Source: an uncultured virus (IMG/VR IMGVR_UViG_3300031857_000107) (taxonomy: Duplodnaviria > Heunggongvirae > Uroviricota > Caudoviricetes). From it: a stretch of 64,000 nt of DNA. The stretch is from the IMG/VR virus record IMGVR_UViG_3300031857_000107; one strand, 5' to 3'. Positions within the stretch are counted from its first letter, which is position 1. Each line of letters begins with the position of its first letter. The notes under the pieces were generated by a model. The model saw only the letters and a program-made list of their open reading frames with translations, was not told the origin of the DNA and searched no databases. This document shows, in pieces, positions 29,340 through 38,529 of this stretch. Position numbers and translations under genes: made by a program.

Positions 29340-29933
29340 ATGAATCTTCAGATTTACAAGCCAAACCCTAAGAATCAGGGTTGTGCAATTAGTTTCCAAA
29401 TTTCACAAAAGCCAAATAATGAGCCACAGTTTTATGTAAACTGTATCGCTCAACACTCTTGGAACGATCAGACAAAGACCGGCTCTTTTGCTGAGAGTCG
29501 CAACAATCCTTCTAAGACTATCGCTATTAAGTTTAATGAGTTTGAACTTGGCGAAATGATCAACGCATTTCAGCAAAAGACTTCTTATTCAGCTTTTCAT
29601 TCTAGCGAATCTAACAAGACACAAATCAAGCTCGCTCCTTATGAGAAGACCAAGGGAACTGGCGAATACGCTGTCAAGTATACCGCTTTCGGTTTGTCGT
29701 TTACTCGAAATGGCGCAGATACTTTCAAGGTTCCGCTAGAACCGGGAGAAGCTGTTCGATTGATCGCTTTCATCAATAAGTTTTATTCTGTTCTTGATGA
29801 CTCACGCAAGCTACCAGCAAAGAGCGAGCAATCCGTTTCAGCAGTAAAGCGAGAGTCTGCTCCTCAAGAAGCTGCTCCAAAGCCTAAGAAGCCAGAACCA
29901 GTTGCTTCTGATTCTGAAGAAATGGATTTCTAA
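29340..29933 (+). CDS. putative ssDNA-binding protein, Whirly/PC4-like fold with acidic tail
   Basis: QIYK, IKFNEFELG, AFH, VPLEPGEA pattern; tail SDSEEMDF. Confidence 0.6.
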   Translation: MNLQIYKPNPKNQGCAISFQISQKPNNEPQFYVNCIAQHSWNDQTKTGSFAESRNNPSKTIAIKFNEFELGEMINAFQQKTSYSAFHSSESNKTQIKLAPYEKTKGTGEYAVKYTAFGLSFTRNGADTFKVPLEPGEAVRLIAFINKFYSVLDDSRKLPAKSEQSVSAVKRESAPQEAAPKPKKPEPVASDSEEMDF

Positions 29934-31828
29934 TGCGTAAAAAACGGGTTTTAATTCATAGCAATTTTTGTAAAATGTTTACTGGCTTTGGTAAACATAA
30001 AAAGAATTTACTATCTTATTTATACAAGACTGGTAAATACGACATCATTGAATTAAGTAATGGATATACTTGGGATTCAGAACAAATTAAATTTGTTCCT
30101 TGGAAATCGCATGGAATGTTTCCAGAAGATCCAGACATTCATAAAGAAATAGCTATTGATGAAAGGCGAAAAAATGCTGCTAGTTATGGCGCAGAAATGA
30201 TAGATCATGCTATAAAAGAATTAAAACCCGATATTTATTTAGGCATAGAAGACGTTTGGGCATTTAACGGTTTTACAGACAAAGAGTGGTGGAACAATGT
30301 TCACTGCATTATTCATACAACCTTAGATAGCCTTCCATTGCTGCCAGATGCGGTGAGTATTGCTCCTAAAATAAAAAATTATTTTGTATGGGCTTCTTTT
30401 GCCGAAAAAGCAATGCATAAACTTGGACACACACATGTCAAAACAGTTCATGGCACATTAGACACTTCTTCGTTTTATAAATTATCTGATCAAAATAGAT
30501 CTGCATTAAGAAAAAACTTCAATTTATCTAATGAATTCATCATTGGATTCGTATTCAGAAATCAATTACGAAAATCAGTTCCAAATTTATTGGATGGATT
30601 TAAATTATTTTATACAAATAATCCACAAGCAAACTCAAAATTACTTTTACATACTCATTGGAACGAGGGTTGGGACATTCTTAAACTTTTAAAAGAAAAA
30701 GATATTGATCCAAAAAATATATTAACGACTTATGTTTGTAAAAATTGCGCTACATATCATATAAAACCATTCTCAGCGCATGTTATTAATTGCGATCATT
30801 GTCGAACACAAAATAGTTGCGAAACAACTAATGTTAAAACCGGAGTAAACGAACAACAATTAAATGAAATATACAATCTTATGGATGTCTATTGTCATCC
30901 ATTTACTTCCGGTGGACAAGAAATACCAATTCAAGAAGCGAAATTAACTGAACTGATAACACTGGTTACTAATTATAGTTGCGGAGAAGATTGTAGTACA
31001 GAAGCCAGTGGCGGCTTTCCGCTTGAATGGGCCGAATACAGAGAACCGGGAACTCAGTTTATCAAAGCATCTACTTTACCAAATAGTATATATTCTCAAT
31101 TACAATATGTATATAATTTAACAGCAGAAACAAAAAACATATTAGGAAAAAAAGCCAGACAATTTGTTATAGATAATTATAGTATTGAAGTCGTAGGTAA
31201 AATTTTTGAAGATCTATTTGATAGTTTTCCTGAAGTTTCATATGCTTTTGAAAATAAAAAAATAAAATGCGACCCTTTTTATGATCCTGATCCGAATCTA
31301 GCTGATAAAGAATGGATCGAATGTTTATATAATAATATTTTAAATAAACTTGATCCTGCTGGTGTTTCACATTGGGTGCAACGTTTGAAAACTGATCTAA
31401 ATAGATCTGAAATTCTTAATTATTTTAGAAAGACAGCTTTATCTCAAAATCAAAATTCTTTTTTGAGCGAAATGCTTGACTCACTTAAAGAAAACAAGAA
31501 TTCAAAGAAGATAGCATTCATTCAACCAGAAGGTACTGAAGAAATTATAATTGCGACATCTCTAATTACTTCTATTAAAAAATTATATCCTGAGTATGAT
31601 ATTTATTTTTTTACTAAAAGCGAGTATTTTGATTTAGTCAATTCGCATCCACATATCAAAAAAGTATTAAATTATTTTAATAAAATGAACGATCCTTTAT
31701 TTTTTGAAGGCAAAGGCTCGAATGATAAATATTTTGATATGGTTTTCGCTCCATATCTATCAATCCATAATAATTATTTTAGAAACGCACAAGACACTCT
31801 TCAATATAAAGTTTATGAATCTAACTGA
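29933..31828 (+). CDS. GT-B glycosyltransferase (GT4-like) with Cys insert and GT9-like C-terminal segment
   Basis: TGFG, RNQLRK, YNLMDVY.HP.TSGGQEIP..EA; CxxC…CxxC; IKKLYPEY…HPHI. Confidence 0.8.
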   Translation: MRKKRVLIHSNFCKMFTGFGKHKKNLLSYLYKTGKYDIIELSNGYTWDSEQIKFVPWKSHGMFPEDPDIHKEIAIDERRKNAASYGAEMIDHAIKELKPDIYLGIEDVWAFNGFTDKEWWNNVHCIIHTTLDSLPLLPDAVSIAPKIKNYFVWASFAEKAMHKLGHTHVKTVHGTLDTSSFYKLSDQNRSALRKNFNLSNEFIIGFVFRNQLRKSVPNLLDGFKLFYTNNPQANSKLLLHTHWNEGWDILKLLKEKDIDPKNILTTYVCKNCATYHIKPFSAHVINCDHCRTQNSCETTNVKTGVNEQQLNEIYNLMDVYCHPFTSGGQEIPIQEAKLTELITLVTNYSCGEDCSTEASGGFPLEWAEYREPGTQFIKASTLPNSIYSQLQYVYNLTAETKNILGKKARQFVIDNYSIEVVGKIFEDLFDSFPEVSYAFENKKIKCDPFYDPDPNLADKEWIECLYNNILNKLDPAGVSHWVQRLKTDLNRSEILNYFRKTALSQNQNSFLSEMLDSLKENKNSKKIAFIQPEGTEEIIIATSLITSIKKLYPEYDIYFFTKSEYFDLVNSHPHIKKVLNYFNKMNDPLFFEGKGSNDKYFDMVFAPYLSIHNNYFRNAQDTLQYKVYESN

Positions 31829-33008
31829 AAAAATGGCTTTGGATTGCGGGGTAAAAACTTCTGATCCTTATCTTGATAGATATTATCTTCCTATCAAAAA
31901 TGATAATTTTATTATAATCGACACTCGAAATAAAAATACCTCTGGAGAGTATGATTATTTTACAGATGTACTTGATCTAATCAAAGATTATTTAAAAAAC
32001 GCAAACATAGATGTTTTTCAATTAGCTAATGATAAGAATATTAAACTAACTTGTGATAGATGTTATATATCTATAAATAAAAAGCAAGAAAACTATTTAA
32101 TATCTAAAGCTAGGCTTTTAGTTTCTAATGAAAATTACACTTTGTATACCGCATCAGTATTTAACACTAAGTCTATAGGTTTATATTCTTTATTCAATCC
32201 TAAAAATACCCAACCGATCTGGAATAGAAATTCTCAAATTGTTTTGGAATCAGATAGAGATGGCAATCTTCCATCTTATGGAAATTTAAAAGAAACGCCA
32301 AAAACAATTAATTTCATTAGTCCGTATGTGGTGGCGAAAAATATTTTAGATAGTCTTAATATTCCAAATGATCTTGATAAATTTGAGTTGGTTTATCTTG
32401 GCAAGAGCTTTCATCAAAAAATAGTAGAGGTAGTGCCTGATTTTATTTCATCTCAAGATTTTATGAAAGGTCGTTCAATCAATTTGCGATTAGATTATAT
32501 TAATAACTTAAATGTTTCTGTATTTAACTATTGGTTAACTAATAGAAAAGTAAATATAATCACCGATAAAGATATAAATGTTAATCTTATAGCTCCATTT
32601 AAAAACAATATTATTTTGATGACCGTAATGATGTCTCCTAATATTTCAGAAAAATTTTTAAAAATGTGCCAATCAATCGGTCTAAAATTAAAAATCTTTT
32701 GTGATACAGAAGAGACGCTTGAAGAATATAGGTTTAAATTTTTAGACTGGGAAATATACAAAGATTTTGAAGAAAACTCTACGCTTAAAAATATTAAAAA
32801 TATATCAAAAAAATCTAAATTTATAAGTTCTAAAATTTTAATTTCTAAAGGAAAACAATTTTCTTGTAAAGCCAACTATTTTCTAAACAAGAGCCTTGAC
32901 AATTCTGAAGAGCATGTTATTCTCTCAAAAGAATTCGAACAAGAAATAGAATTCTTTAAAATTTACAATGAGCGAGAAGAATCCATTACTAGTACCTCAG
33001 TCGCGTAA
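31815..33008 (+). CDS. hypothetical protein, possibly glycosyltransferase-related
   Basis: ATG 31815 overlaps end of GT gene; 'SIGLYS…P…P.W' GT9-like trace. Confidence 0.45.
   Translation: MNLTEKMALDCGVKTSDPYLDRYYLPIKNDNFIIIDTRNKNTSGEYDYFTDVLDLIKDYLKNANIDVFQLANDKNIKLTCDRCYISINKKQENYLISKARLLVSNENYTLYTASVFNTKSIGLYSLFNPKNTQPIWNRNSQIVLESDRDGNLPSYGNLKETPKTINFISPYVVAKNILDSLNIPNDLDKFELVYLGKSFHQKIVEVVPDFISSQDFMKGRSINLRLDYINNLNVSVFNYWLTNRKVNIITDKDINVNLIAPFKNNIILMTVMMSPNISEKFLKMCQSIGLKLKIFCDTEETLEEYRFKFLDWEIYKDFEENSTLKNIKNISKKSKFISSKILISKGKQFSCKANYFLNKSLDNSEEHVILSKEFEQEIEFFKIYNEREESITSTSVA
32896..32923 (+). promoter_or_regulatory. sigma70-type promoter
   Basis: TTGACA-N16-TATTCT inside upstream gene end. 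Confidence 0.55.
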
Positions 33009-33717
33009 CTCATGGGGTTTAATTGAAGGTATAGACTATAAAACAAATGAAGACGGCTCAATCAACTGGCGAGCAATGGTTAAAACAGAGCATCTATTCC
33101 CTAATAGAGGTTGGTTTGAATTGCGTAAACAGCAGATGCCTACTTCAATTGAAGGTCTTGCTGATAACCAGCTTCTTATCAAGCTTGCTGGTATTAAAGA
33201 ACTTGCCAAACTGCGAGGATACACAAGCGTAAAATATGATGTAGTTAAATGTGAAGCTTCTTATGTATCTATTAAGTGCGGCATAACTTGGATTCCAAAT
33301 TATGAATCAGAATATGAAAGTTACTACGAAGATATCGCAAATGCTACAGTCAATAATACTTCAGATTTTGCTGTCAAATTTTTGGAGACGATTGCAGCTA
33401 ATCGCGCATTCGTTAGGGCTGTAAGAAATTTCCTTAACGTACACATCGTTGGTAGTGATGAAATTGATGCTTCTAAGAAGGGTACTCCTTCTGTATTTGA
33501 AGACGACAATGAAGTCGCCCTTCCTTCTTCTCAAGGTATGTTAGAAAAGACTGCTAAGAATTCTGGCATTAGTAATTTTGAAGAGTTTCAAGATTATCTT
33601 CGTAATGCTTGGAAACTAGGCGTTTATAAAAATGCAGAAGCTAAAGTCTGGACTAATTACAATGACATTCCAGCAAAAGAAGCTAGAATTCTTATGTCAA
33701 TTTTAAAAGATAAGTAA
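32968..33717 (+). CDS. possible ssDNA-annealing protein (Rad52/Sak-like)
   Basis: LIKLAGIKELA, ETIAANRAFVRAVR…SDEI pattern; context. Confidence 0.4.
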   Translation: MSEKNPLLVPQSRNSWGLIEGIDYKTNEDGSINWRAMVKTEHLFPNRGWFELRKQQMPTSIEGLADNQLLIKLAGIKELAKLRGYTSVKYDVVKCEASYVSIKCGITWIPNYESEYESYYEDIANATVNNTSDFAVKFLETIAANRAFVRAVRNFLNVHIVGSDEIDASKKGTPSVFEDDNEVALPSSQGMLEKTAKNSGISNFEEFQDYLRNAWKLGVYKNAEAKVWTNYNDIPAKEARILMSILKDK

Positions 33718-33718
33718 T

Positions 33719-34162
33719 ATGTATACTGAAAAAGTTCTACAAATCAATGTTAAAAAGCTTTCCGACAATGCAACAATACCTAGCAAAGGAACAAGTTTCG
33801 CTGCTGGATATGATTTATATGCGGCAGAATATGCTGTCGTGGTTTGCGGCTCAAGAAAACTAATTAAGACAAATATTTCAATGGAGATAACTCCCGGTTA
33901 TTATGGGCGTGTTGCTCCTCGTTCTGGTCTAGCTTACAAAAGTGGAATTGATGTTCTGGCTGGTGTAATCGATTCTGATTATCGCGGAGATATTGGAGTT
34001 ATTCTTTATAATACAGATAAGAATATTGATTTTGAAATCAAGAAAGGCGATAGAATCGCTCAGATTATTTTTGAAGCTTGTTATTCCGCTACTTTAAATA
34101 CTGTAGAAAATTTAGATAATACATTGAGACAAGCTGGTGGCTTTGGATCAACAGGCGTATGA
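33719..34162 (+). CDS. dut: trimeric dUTPase
   Basis: AAGYDL, PRSGLA, GVIDSDYRG, RIAQ, GGFGSTG. Confidence 0.97.
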   Translation: MYTEKVLQINVKKLSDNATIPSKGTSFAAGYDLYAAEYAVVVCGSRKLIKTNISMEITPGYYGRVAPRSGLAYKSGIDVLAGVIDSDYRGDIGVILYNTDKNIDFEIKKGDRIAQIIFEACYSATLNTVENLDNTLRQAGGFGSTGV

Positions 34163-34440
34163 ATGATAAACATATTAAAAAGATTTTAGATAAACAATTT
34201 AAGATAGCTAATTTAGATCTTAAATATGAAGATGTTCGCGACAACCAAACTCCAAATTGGCTTACAAAGTATTCTTGCACTGAAGAAGACAATGAAAAGT
34301 GGAAGAATTGGACCATGAAGTATATGCGCGAAAAGATGAAGCTCACAAAAGATAAAGCATTGATAGAAACAGCGTGGATTGATTTGAATTTCGGATTACG
34401 AACTTCAACTCGTTCAGTGAAAAATAAAAAGAACAAGTGA
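34159..34440 (+). CDS. hypothetical protein
   Basis: ORF coupled by 4-nt overlaps on both sides. Confidence 0.6.
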   Translation: MNDKHIKKILDKQFKIANLDLKYEDVRDNQTPNWLTKYSCTEEDNEKWKNWTMKYMREKMKLTKDKALIETAWIDLNFGLRTSTRSVKNKKNK

Positions 34441-34718
34441 AGAAAGACAAAGATTTTAATTTATTAGATCTTTGTAAAGTTCTTGATACTGATTATTCTG
34501 AGTATGGAGGAAAAATACGTCGCCACAATGATCCAGATTATCTTTACTCTGATTGCAGTGGTGGGTGTAAGCATTTTATTCCTCTATACAATGAAAAATA
34601 TAGAGATGCAGACTTTGACTACGGAGTCTGCACCAATAAAAAAAGCAAAAGATGCGGACTATTAACATTCGAAAGACAAGCTGGTTTTGGATGTTTTGAA
34701 GTAGAAAAGCTTAGGTGA
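34437..34718 (+). CDS. Cys-rich hypothetical protein
   Basis: DCSGGC, GVC.N, GLLTFE..GC; stop lies within tRNA-Ser. Confidence 0.55.
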   Translation: MKKDKDFNLLDLCKVLDTDYSEYGGKIRRHNDPDYLYSDCSGGCKHFIPLYNEKYRDADFDYGVCTNKKSKRCGLLTFERQAGFGCFEVEKLR

Positions 34719-34806
34719 GGTGGCCGAGTCTGGTTTATGGCAGAGTTCTACTAAAACTCCGTACTCCAAAAGAGTACCGAAGGTTCAAATCCTTCTCTCA
34801 CCGCCA
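34714..34806 (+). tRNA. tRNA-Ser (anticodon ACT)
   Basis: GGTGAGG/TCTCACC acceptor, G73-CCA, stem GAGTT/AACTC with loop CT-ACT-AA, long variable arm GTACTC/GAGTAC, T arm GAAGG-TTCAAAT-CCTTC. Confidence 0.88.
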
Positions 34807-34812
34807 ATTTAT

Positions 34813-34886
34813 TGGGGATTCGCATAATGGTAGTGCAGGAGCCTTTGAAGCTCTGTGTGGTGGTTCGATTCCATCATCCCCAACCA
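34813..34886 (+). tRNA. tRNA-Gln (anticodon TTG)
   Basis: TGGGGAT/ATCCCCA acceptor (U1-A72), GGAGC-CT-TTG-AA-GCTCT, TTCGATT, CCA. Confidence 0.93.
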
Positions 34887-34893
34887 TTTTATA

Positions 34894-35088
34894 ATGCAAG
34901 AAGTAGAATTAATTATATCTAAACTAATAGAATCAATTAAAACAGTCGATTCTAATAAGTCTATTCCTTATCTAGTAAAAGATATAGACAAGCACGTTCA
35001 AGAAGCTTATTCTGAATTATATAAATACCGCGAACAAAAATCAGTGTATAAACCTCTCAATGACAACAAACGAGGACACTGCTGCTAA
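34894..35088 (+). CDS. hypothetical protein
   Basis: start moved to ATG after tRNA-Gln. Confidence 0.5.
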   Translation: MQEVELIISKLIESIKTVDSNKSIPYLVKDIDKHVQEAYSELYKYREQKSVYKPLNDNKRGHCC

Positions 35089-35263
35089 AATATCAACTCC
35101 ATGCACTAGAAAATGTAAGTTAATAAACGATCATTGTGTAGGCTGTGGTCGAACTTGGCAACAAATAAGAGATTGGACTTTCTATAAAGAGTCAGAAAGA
35201 CTTTCAATAATGAACGATCTAAAGCCAAATATACAATTAAAAGATCAATATGAGTGCTGGTAA
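35060..35263 (+). CDS. DUF1289-like small Cys protein
   Basis: STPC…C…C.GCGRT..QI..W. Confidence 0.75.
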   Translation: MTTNEDTAAKISTPCTRKCKLINDHCVGCGRTWQQIRDWTFYKESERLSIMNDLKPNIQLKDQYECW

Positions 35264-35378
35264 AGGTGATAAACCAAGAAATTGTTTTAGTAAACAATAT
35301 AAAGATAATCACGATTCTATCGATTGGGGTCGCAAGAAAAATAAGAAGATAAAGAAAGGCTCCAATAGTGAGCGATAA
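35250..35378 (+). CDS. small basic phage protein (42 aa)
   Basis: Not in track; MSAGKGDKPRNCFSKQYKDNHDSIDW. Confidence 0.6.
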   Translation: MSAGKGDKPRNCFSKQYKDNHDSIDWGRKKNKKIKKGSNSER

Positions 35379-35583
35379 TTCTTCAAATATACATAGAGCA
35401 ATCAATGTAACGACCCTCACTGACAAAGAAATTAAAAAGTATTCTTTAGTTAAAGTTGGAGATAGTTTTAAAAAAGATGATTTAATATTACTTTACGATG
35501 ATCAATTTGTAAAAATAAATGAAGGAAATAAGCTTTTAAAATATAAAGTACTTAAAGAAAATACAGTATATAGAAGAAAGTAA
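35368..35583 (+). CDS. hypothetical protein
   Basis: ORF, GTG start. Confidence 0.45.
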   Translation: MSDNSSNIHRAINVTTLTDKEIKKYSLVKVGDSFKKDDLILLYDDQFVKINEGNKLLKYKVLKENTVYRRK

Positions 35584-35597
35584 GTGTAAAAATATTT

Positions 35598-36908
35598 ATG
35601 GCCCAATTGTTCGCGGTGCAATTCCCTCAGAATGTCAATACTAATTTGATTTATGACTCAATAAATCAATATTATAGACCTGCCAGAGATACTGATTTTA
35701 CTATTGGCGGCGGTATTTTGAATCCTGCTTTTGATATTTTTGGTCGCCAAAGAGTCTCCACTCCTTTGACTTTGTTTGATAGCTCTCATAGATTTAAAGA
35801 TAACGGTCTTTGGACCACAGCAACCACAGGAACTGCCTCTGCCACTTTTAATGCAAATCAAGGTTTAGTAGATTTGGCTGTTGATAATTCTATAAACTCT
35901 GAAGTCGTAAGAGAAACTACCAAAGTATTTTCCTATCAACCGGGAAAATCATTGTTAGTTTTAAATACGTTTGTAATGCAAGCTAAAAAAACCGGTCTTC
36001 GCCAAAGAGTTGGATATTATAACGATTATAATGGAATATATTTTGAAGTTAATAATTCAACTATAAATTTTGTAGAAAGATCTTATGTAAGTGGTGGTCT
36101 AGCAGAAACTAGAGTATCGCAATCATCTTGGAATGGAGATAAGTTAGATGGAACTGGCCCTTCAGGTTTAACTTTAGATACGTCTAAAGCTCAAATTTTT
36201 TGGATGGATATTGAATGGCTAGGTGTCGGCTCTGTTAGAACTGGATTTATAATTAATGGTCAAATTATTGTTTGTCATATATTTAATCATGCAAATTTGA
36301 TTTCTTCGACTTATATAACAACAGCATCTTTGCCACTTCGTTATGAAATTAAAAATACTGCTGCAACTTCTGGTTCCAGCACTCTTAAGCAAATTTGCTC
36401 TACCGTAATTTCAGAAGGCGGTTATGAACTTCGTGGATTACAACAAGCAATAGGAACTCCAATAAATACTCCATCAAGCCTTGCAGTTGCAGGAACTTAT
36501 TATCCAGTGATTTCTGTAAGATTAAAAAGCACAGCTTTAGATGGCATTATAATTTTAACTGCGCTTTCAATGATGGGTATAGGTAATGGTATAAATTATA
36601 GTTGGCGAGTAGTTGCTTCTGGTGCTACTACTGGCGGTAGCTGGATAAGTGCTGGCACTGACAGTGCTGTTGAATATAATATTAGTGGAACTTCTTTTAC
36701 TGGAGGAAGAGTGCTTGCCAATGGATTTATAAACTCTTCTAATCAAGGTTCTCCATCAATTGATATCCTTAAAGAAGCTCTTTTTAAATTTCAATTAGAA
36801 AGAAATGGATTAACTTCAACGCCTTACGAACTTACACTTGCTGTTACCGCAGGAAGCAATAGTCAAAATATATTCGCTTCTATAGATTGGGAAGAAATTA
36901 GTAGATAA
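35598..36908 (+). CDS. probable virion structural protein
   Basis: DIFGRQRVS.P.TLFD, YQPGKS, EWLGVG; Thr/Ser/Gly-rich; GTGTAA upstream. Confidence 0.65.
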   Translation: MAQLFAVQFPQNVNTNLIYDSINQYYRPARDTDFTIGGGILNPAFDIFGRQRVSTPLTLFDSSHRFKDNGLWTTATTGTASATFNANQGLVDLAVDNSINSEVVRETTKVFSYQPGKSLLVLNTFVMQAKKTGLRQRVGYYNDYNGIYFEVNNSTINFVERSYVSGGLAETRVSQSSWNGDKLDGTGPSGLTLDTSKAQIFWMDIEWLGVGSVRTGFIINGQIIVCHIFNHANLISSTYITTASLPLRYEIKNTAATSGSSTLKQICSTVISEGGYELRGLQQAIGTPINTPSSLAVAGTYYPVISVRLKSTALDGIIILTALSMMGIGNGINYSWRVVASGATTGGSWISAGTDSAVEYNISGTSFTGGRVLANGFINSSNQGSPSIDILKEALFKFQLERNGLTSTPYELTLAVTAGSNSQNIFASIDWEEISR

Positions 36909-36914
36909 TAATTA

Positions 36915-37193
36915 TTATGTATGAATTGTTAAAATTTCTTTAAAATCTGATTGTAAAAATTTATATATAGAATCTTTATTATTTTCTAATAATTTAGAAC
37001 GTATATGTTCTTGATTATTAGATAAATATCTTACATAACTTTTATTGCATTTATCATAATATAGTTGTTTTAACACTGGCTTACAAATACATATATTTTG
37101 ATAACCATTAAAATAGTTATAAAATTCTTCTGTATTTTGTAACTGAAAAGCGCGAATTAATTGTTCAAATTCTATAAAATTATTTATTATCAT
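36915..37193 (-). CDS. hypothetical protein
   Basis: ORF coupled to 37180..37524. Confidence 0.5.
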   Translation of the reverse strand: MIINNFIEFEQLIRAFQLQNTEEFYNYFNGYQNICICKPVLKQLYYDKCNKSYVRYLSNNQEHIRSKLLENNKDSIYKFLQSDFKEILTIHT

Positions 37194-37524
37194 AAAATTT
37201 TTTCACTAATAAATAAACTATAAAGTTGATAAAATAATTAAATCCAAACATAAATATACATAACTTTAAACTATCGTATCTTAATAAAGATTGAATAAAA
37301 GTTAACCAAAAACACAAGCATATTGGACAACTTATTAATTTAGTAAAAAAATTAGCTTTCCTAACGTGTAGAAAATCCAAATAGTGTAGTTTTTCAGAAA
37401 TTTCAAGTCTTTCTTTTTTATATTCTTCAATAAATAATTTTTTGTCTAACTTAAAAAAATTTATTAAAGTTATTATAATATCACTCTCGAACCAAATAAA
37501 TAAAATAAACGGCACTAATAGCAT
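37180..37524 (-). CDS. membrane protein, DUF1360-like
   Basis: KLISCPICLCFW, hydrophobic segments; GTGTAT motif upstream on minus strand. Confidence 0.55.
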   Translation of the reverse strand: MLLVPFILFIWFESDIIITLINFFKLDKKLFIEEYKKERLEISEKLHYLDFLHVRKANFFTKLISCPICLCFWLTFIQSLLRYDSLKLCIFMFGFNYFINFIVYLLVKKFYDNK

Positions 37525-37572
37525 ATATTATAAAATACACACATAATAACAAATTAGTGTAAAGATATATGA

Positions 37573-38526
37573 ATGAAAAAATCCATTCTTTTATTACTCT
37601 TTTTATTTTTGACTGGTTGCTTTTCCACAATCAAGCCAGCAAAACAAATAGATGATAATCAGAAAGTTATCGCTAAAGAAGAGAAAAAAGTAGATACTAC
37701 TTTAGTAGAAATCGAAAAGAACGATAAAGGTAAGAGAATTCAAACCTCTGGGCTTTCAATCGGCATTCAACATTCTTTAAATCAAGTTTCAAATCCGCCC
37801 GTTCAAGTAGATACAGCCAAAGCTCTTAATGAAAGAGTGATTTCTATTGTCGGCTCGCCTCATATTGATGAAATAAAAAGAATTAAAGCCACCGTAGATC
37901 TATTAAATTCTCAAGTTGCCGAAGAACGCAAAAAAGGTGAAGAATTATTATCTCAGCGAGATGAAATAATTAATAAGCTTCAAAAAGAAAAGTCAGAATT
38001 AAATCAAAAATACGACGATCAACTTTGGCAATTAACCGATAAAGCAAAAGAAGTTGCTAAAGAAGCTGACCAAAATAAAGCCGTATTAGACTCAATGAGC
38101 GGAATGTTTGGTTTGAACGCTGTATTTTGGGGAATGAAAAAATTTATAGTTAGCGCGTTAACTGCGATAATTATTTTTGTAGTTGTATTCGTAATACTTC
38201 GTCTTCTAGCAACAGTGCATCCTGCTGCTGGTGCTGCATTTTCCATCTTTAATATGTTAGGATCTGCAATCATTTCTATACTAAAAGCTTTGACTCCAAA
38301 AGCTTTTGAAATGTGCAATTATGCCACAAAAGATAAAGTCGATGAATTCAAATCTCCTCTTGTTAAAATTGTTGATGTGATTCAGGAACTTAAAGAAAAA
38401 CAAAAAGAATCTCCTGATAGAGTTTACCCGCTAACTGAAATATTAAAACGTTTCGATAAAGAAATGGATAGTCATGAAAAAGATTTAATTGAAAATATTC
38501 TCAAAGAACAAAAATGGATTAAATAA
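37573..38526 (+). CDS. lipoprotein with coiled coil and internal TM segments (spanin-like?)
   Basis: signal peptide with lipobox LTGC, long coiled coil, hydrophobic hairpin. Confidence 0.55.
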   Translation: MKKSILLLLFLFLTGCFSTIKPAKQIDDNQKVIAKEEKKVDTTLVEIEKNDKGKRIQTSGLSIGIQHSLNQVSNPPVQVDTAKALNERVISIVGSPHIDEIKRIKATVDLLNSQVAEERKKGEELLSQRDEIINKLQKEKSELNQKYDDQLWQLTDKAKEVAKEADQNKAVLDSMSGMFGLNAVFWGMKKFIVSALTAIIIFVVVFVILRLLATVHPAAGAAFSIFNMLGSAIISILKALTPKAFEMCNYATKDKVDEFKSPLVKIVDVIQELKEKQKESPDRVYPLTEILKRFDKEMDSHEKDLIENILKEQKWIK

Positions 38527-38529
38527 TTT

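Noticed and set aside
34743..34759. Reading the tRNA at 34714 as an amber suppressor (CTA appears twice in the loop), implying TAG recoding
   Set aside because: The 5-bp stem fixes a 7-nt loop with ACT central. TAG also ends genes at sensible C-termini (10788, 21353, 43922), and genes are not fragmented under code 11
34855..34893. Track starts that extend into tRNAs, terminators or promoters (34855, 12759, 13634, 31704, 45744, 51896, 63415)
   Set aside because: They overlap RNA or regulatory elements or other genes; downstream ATGs fit better
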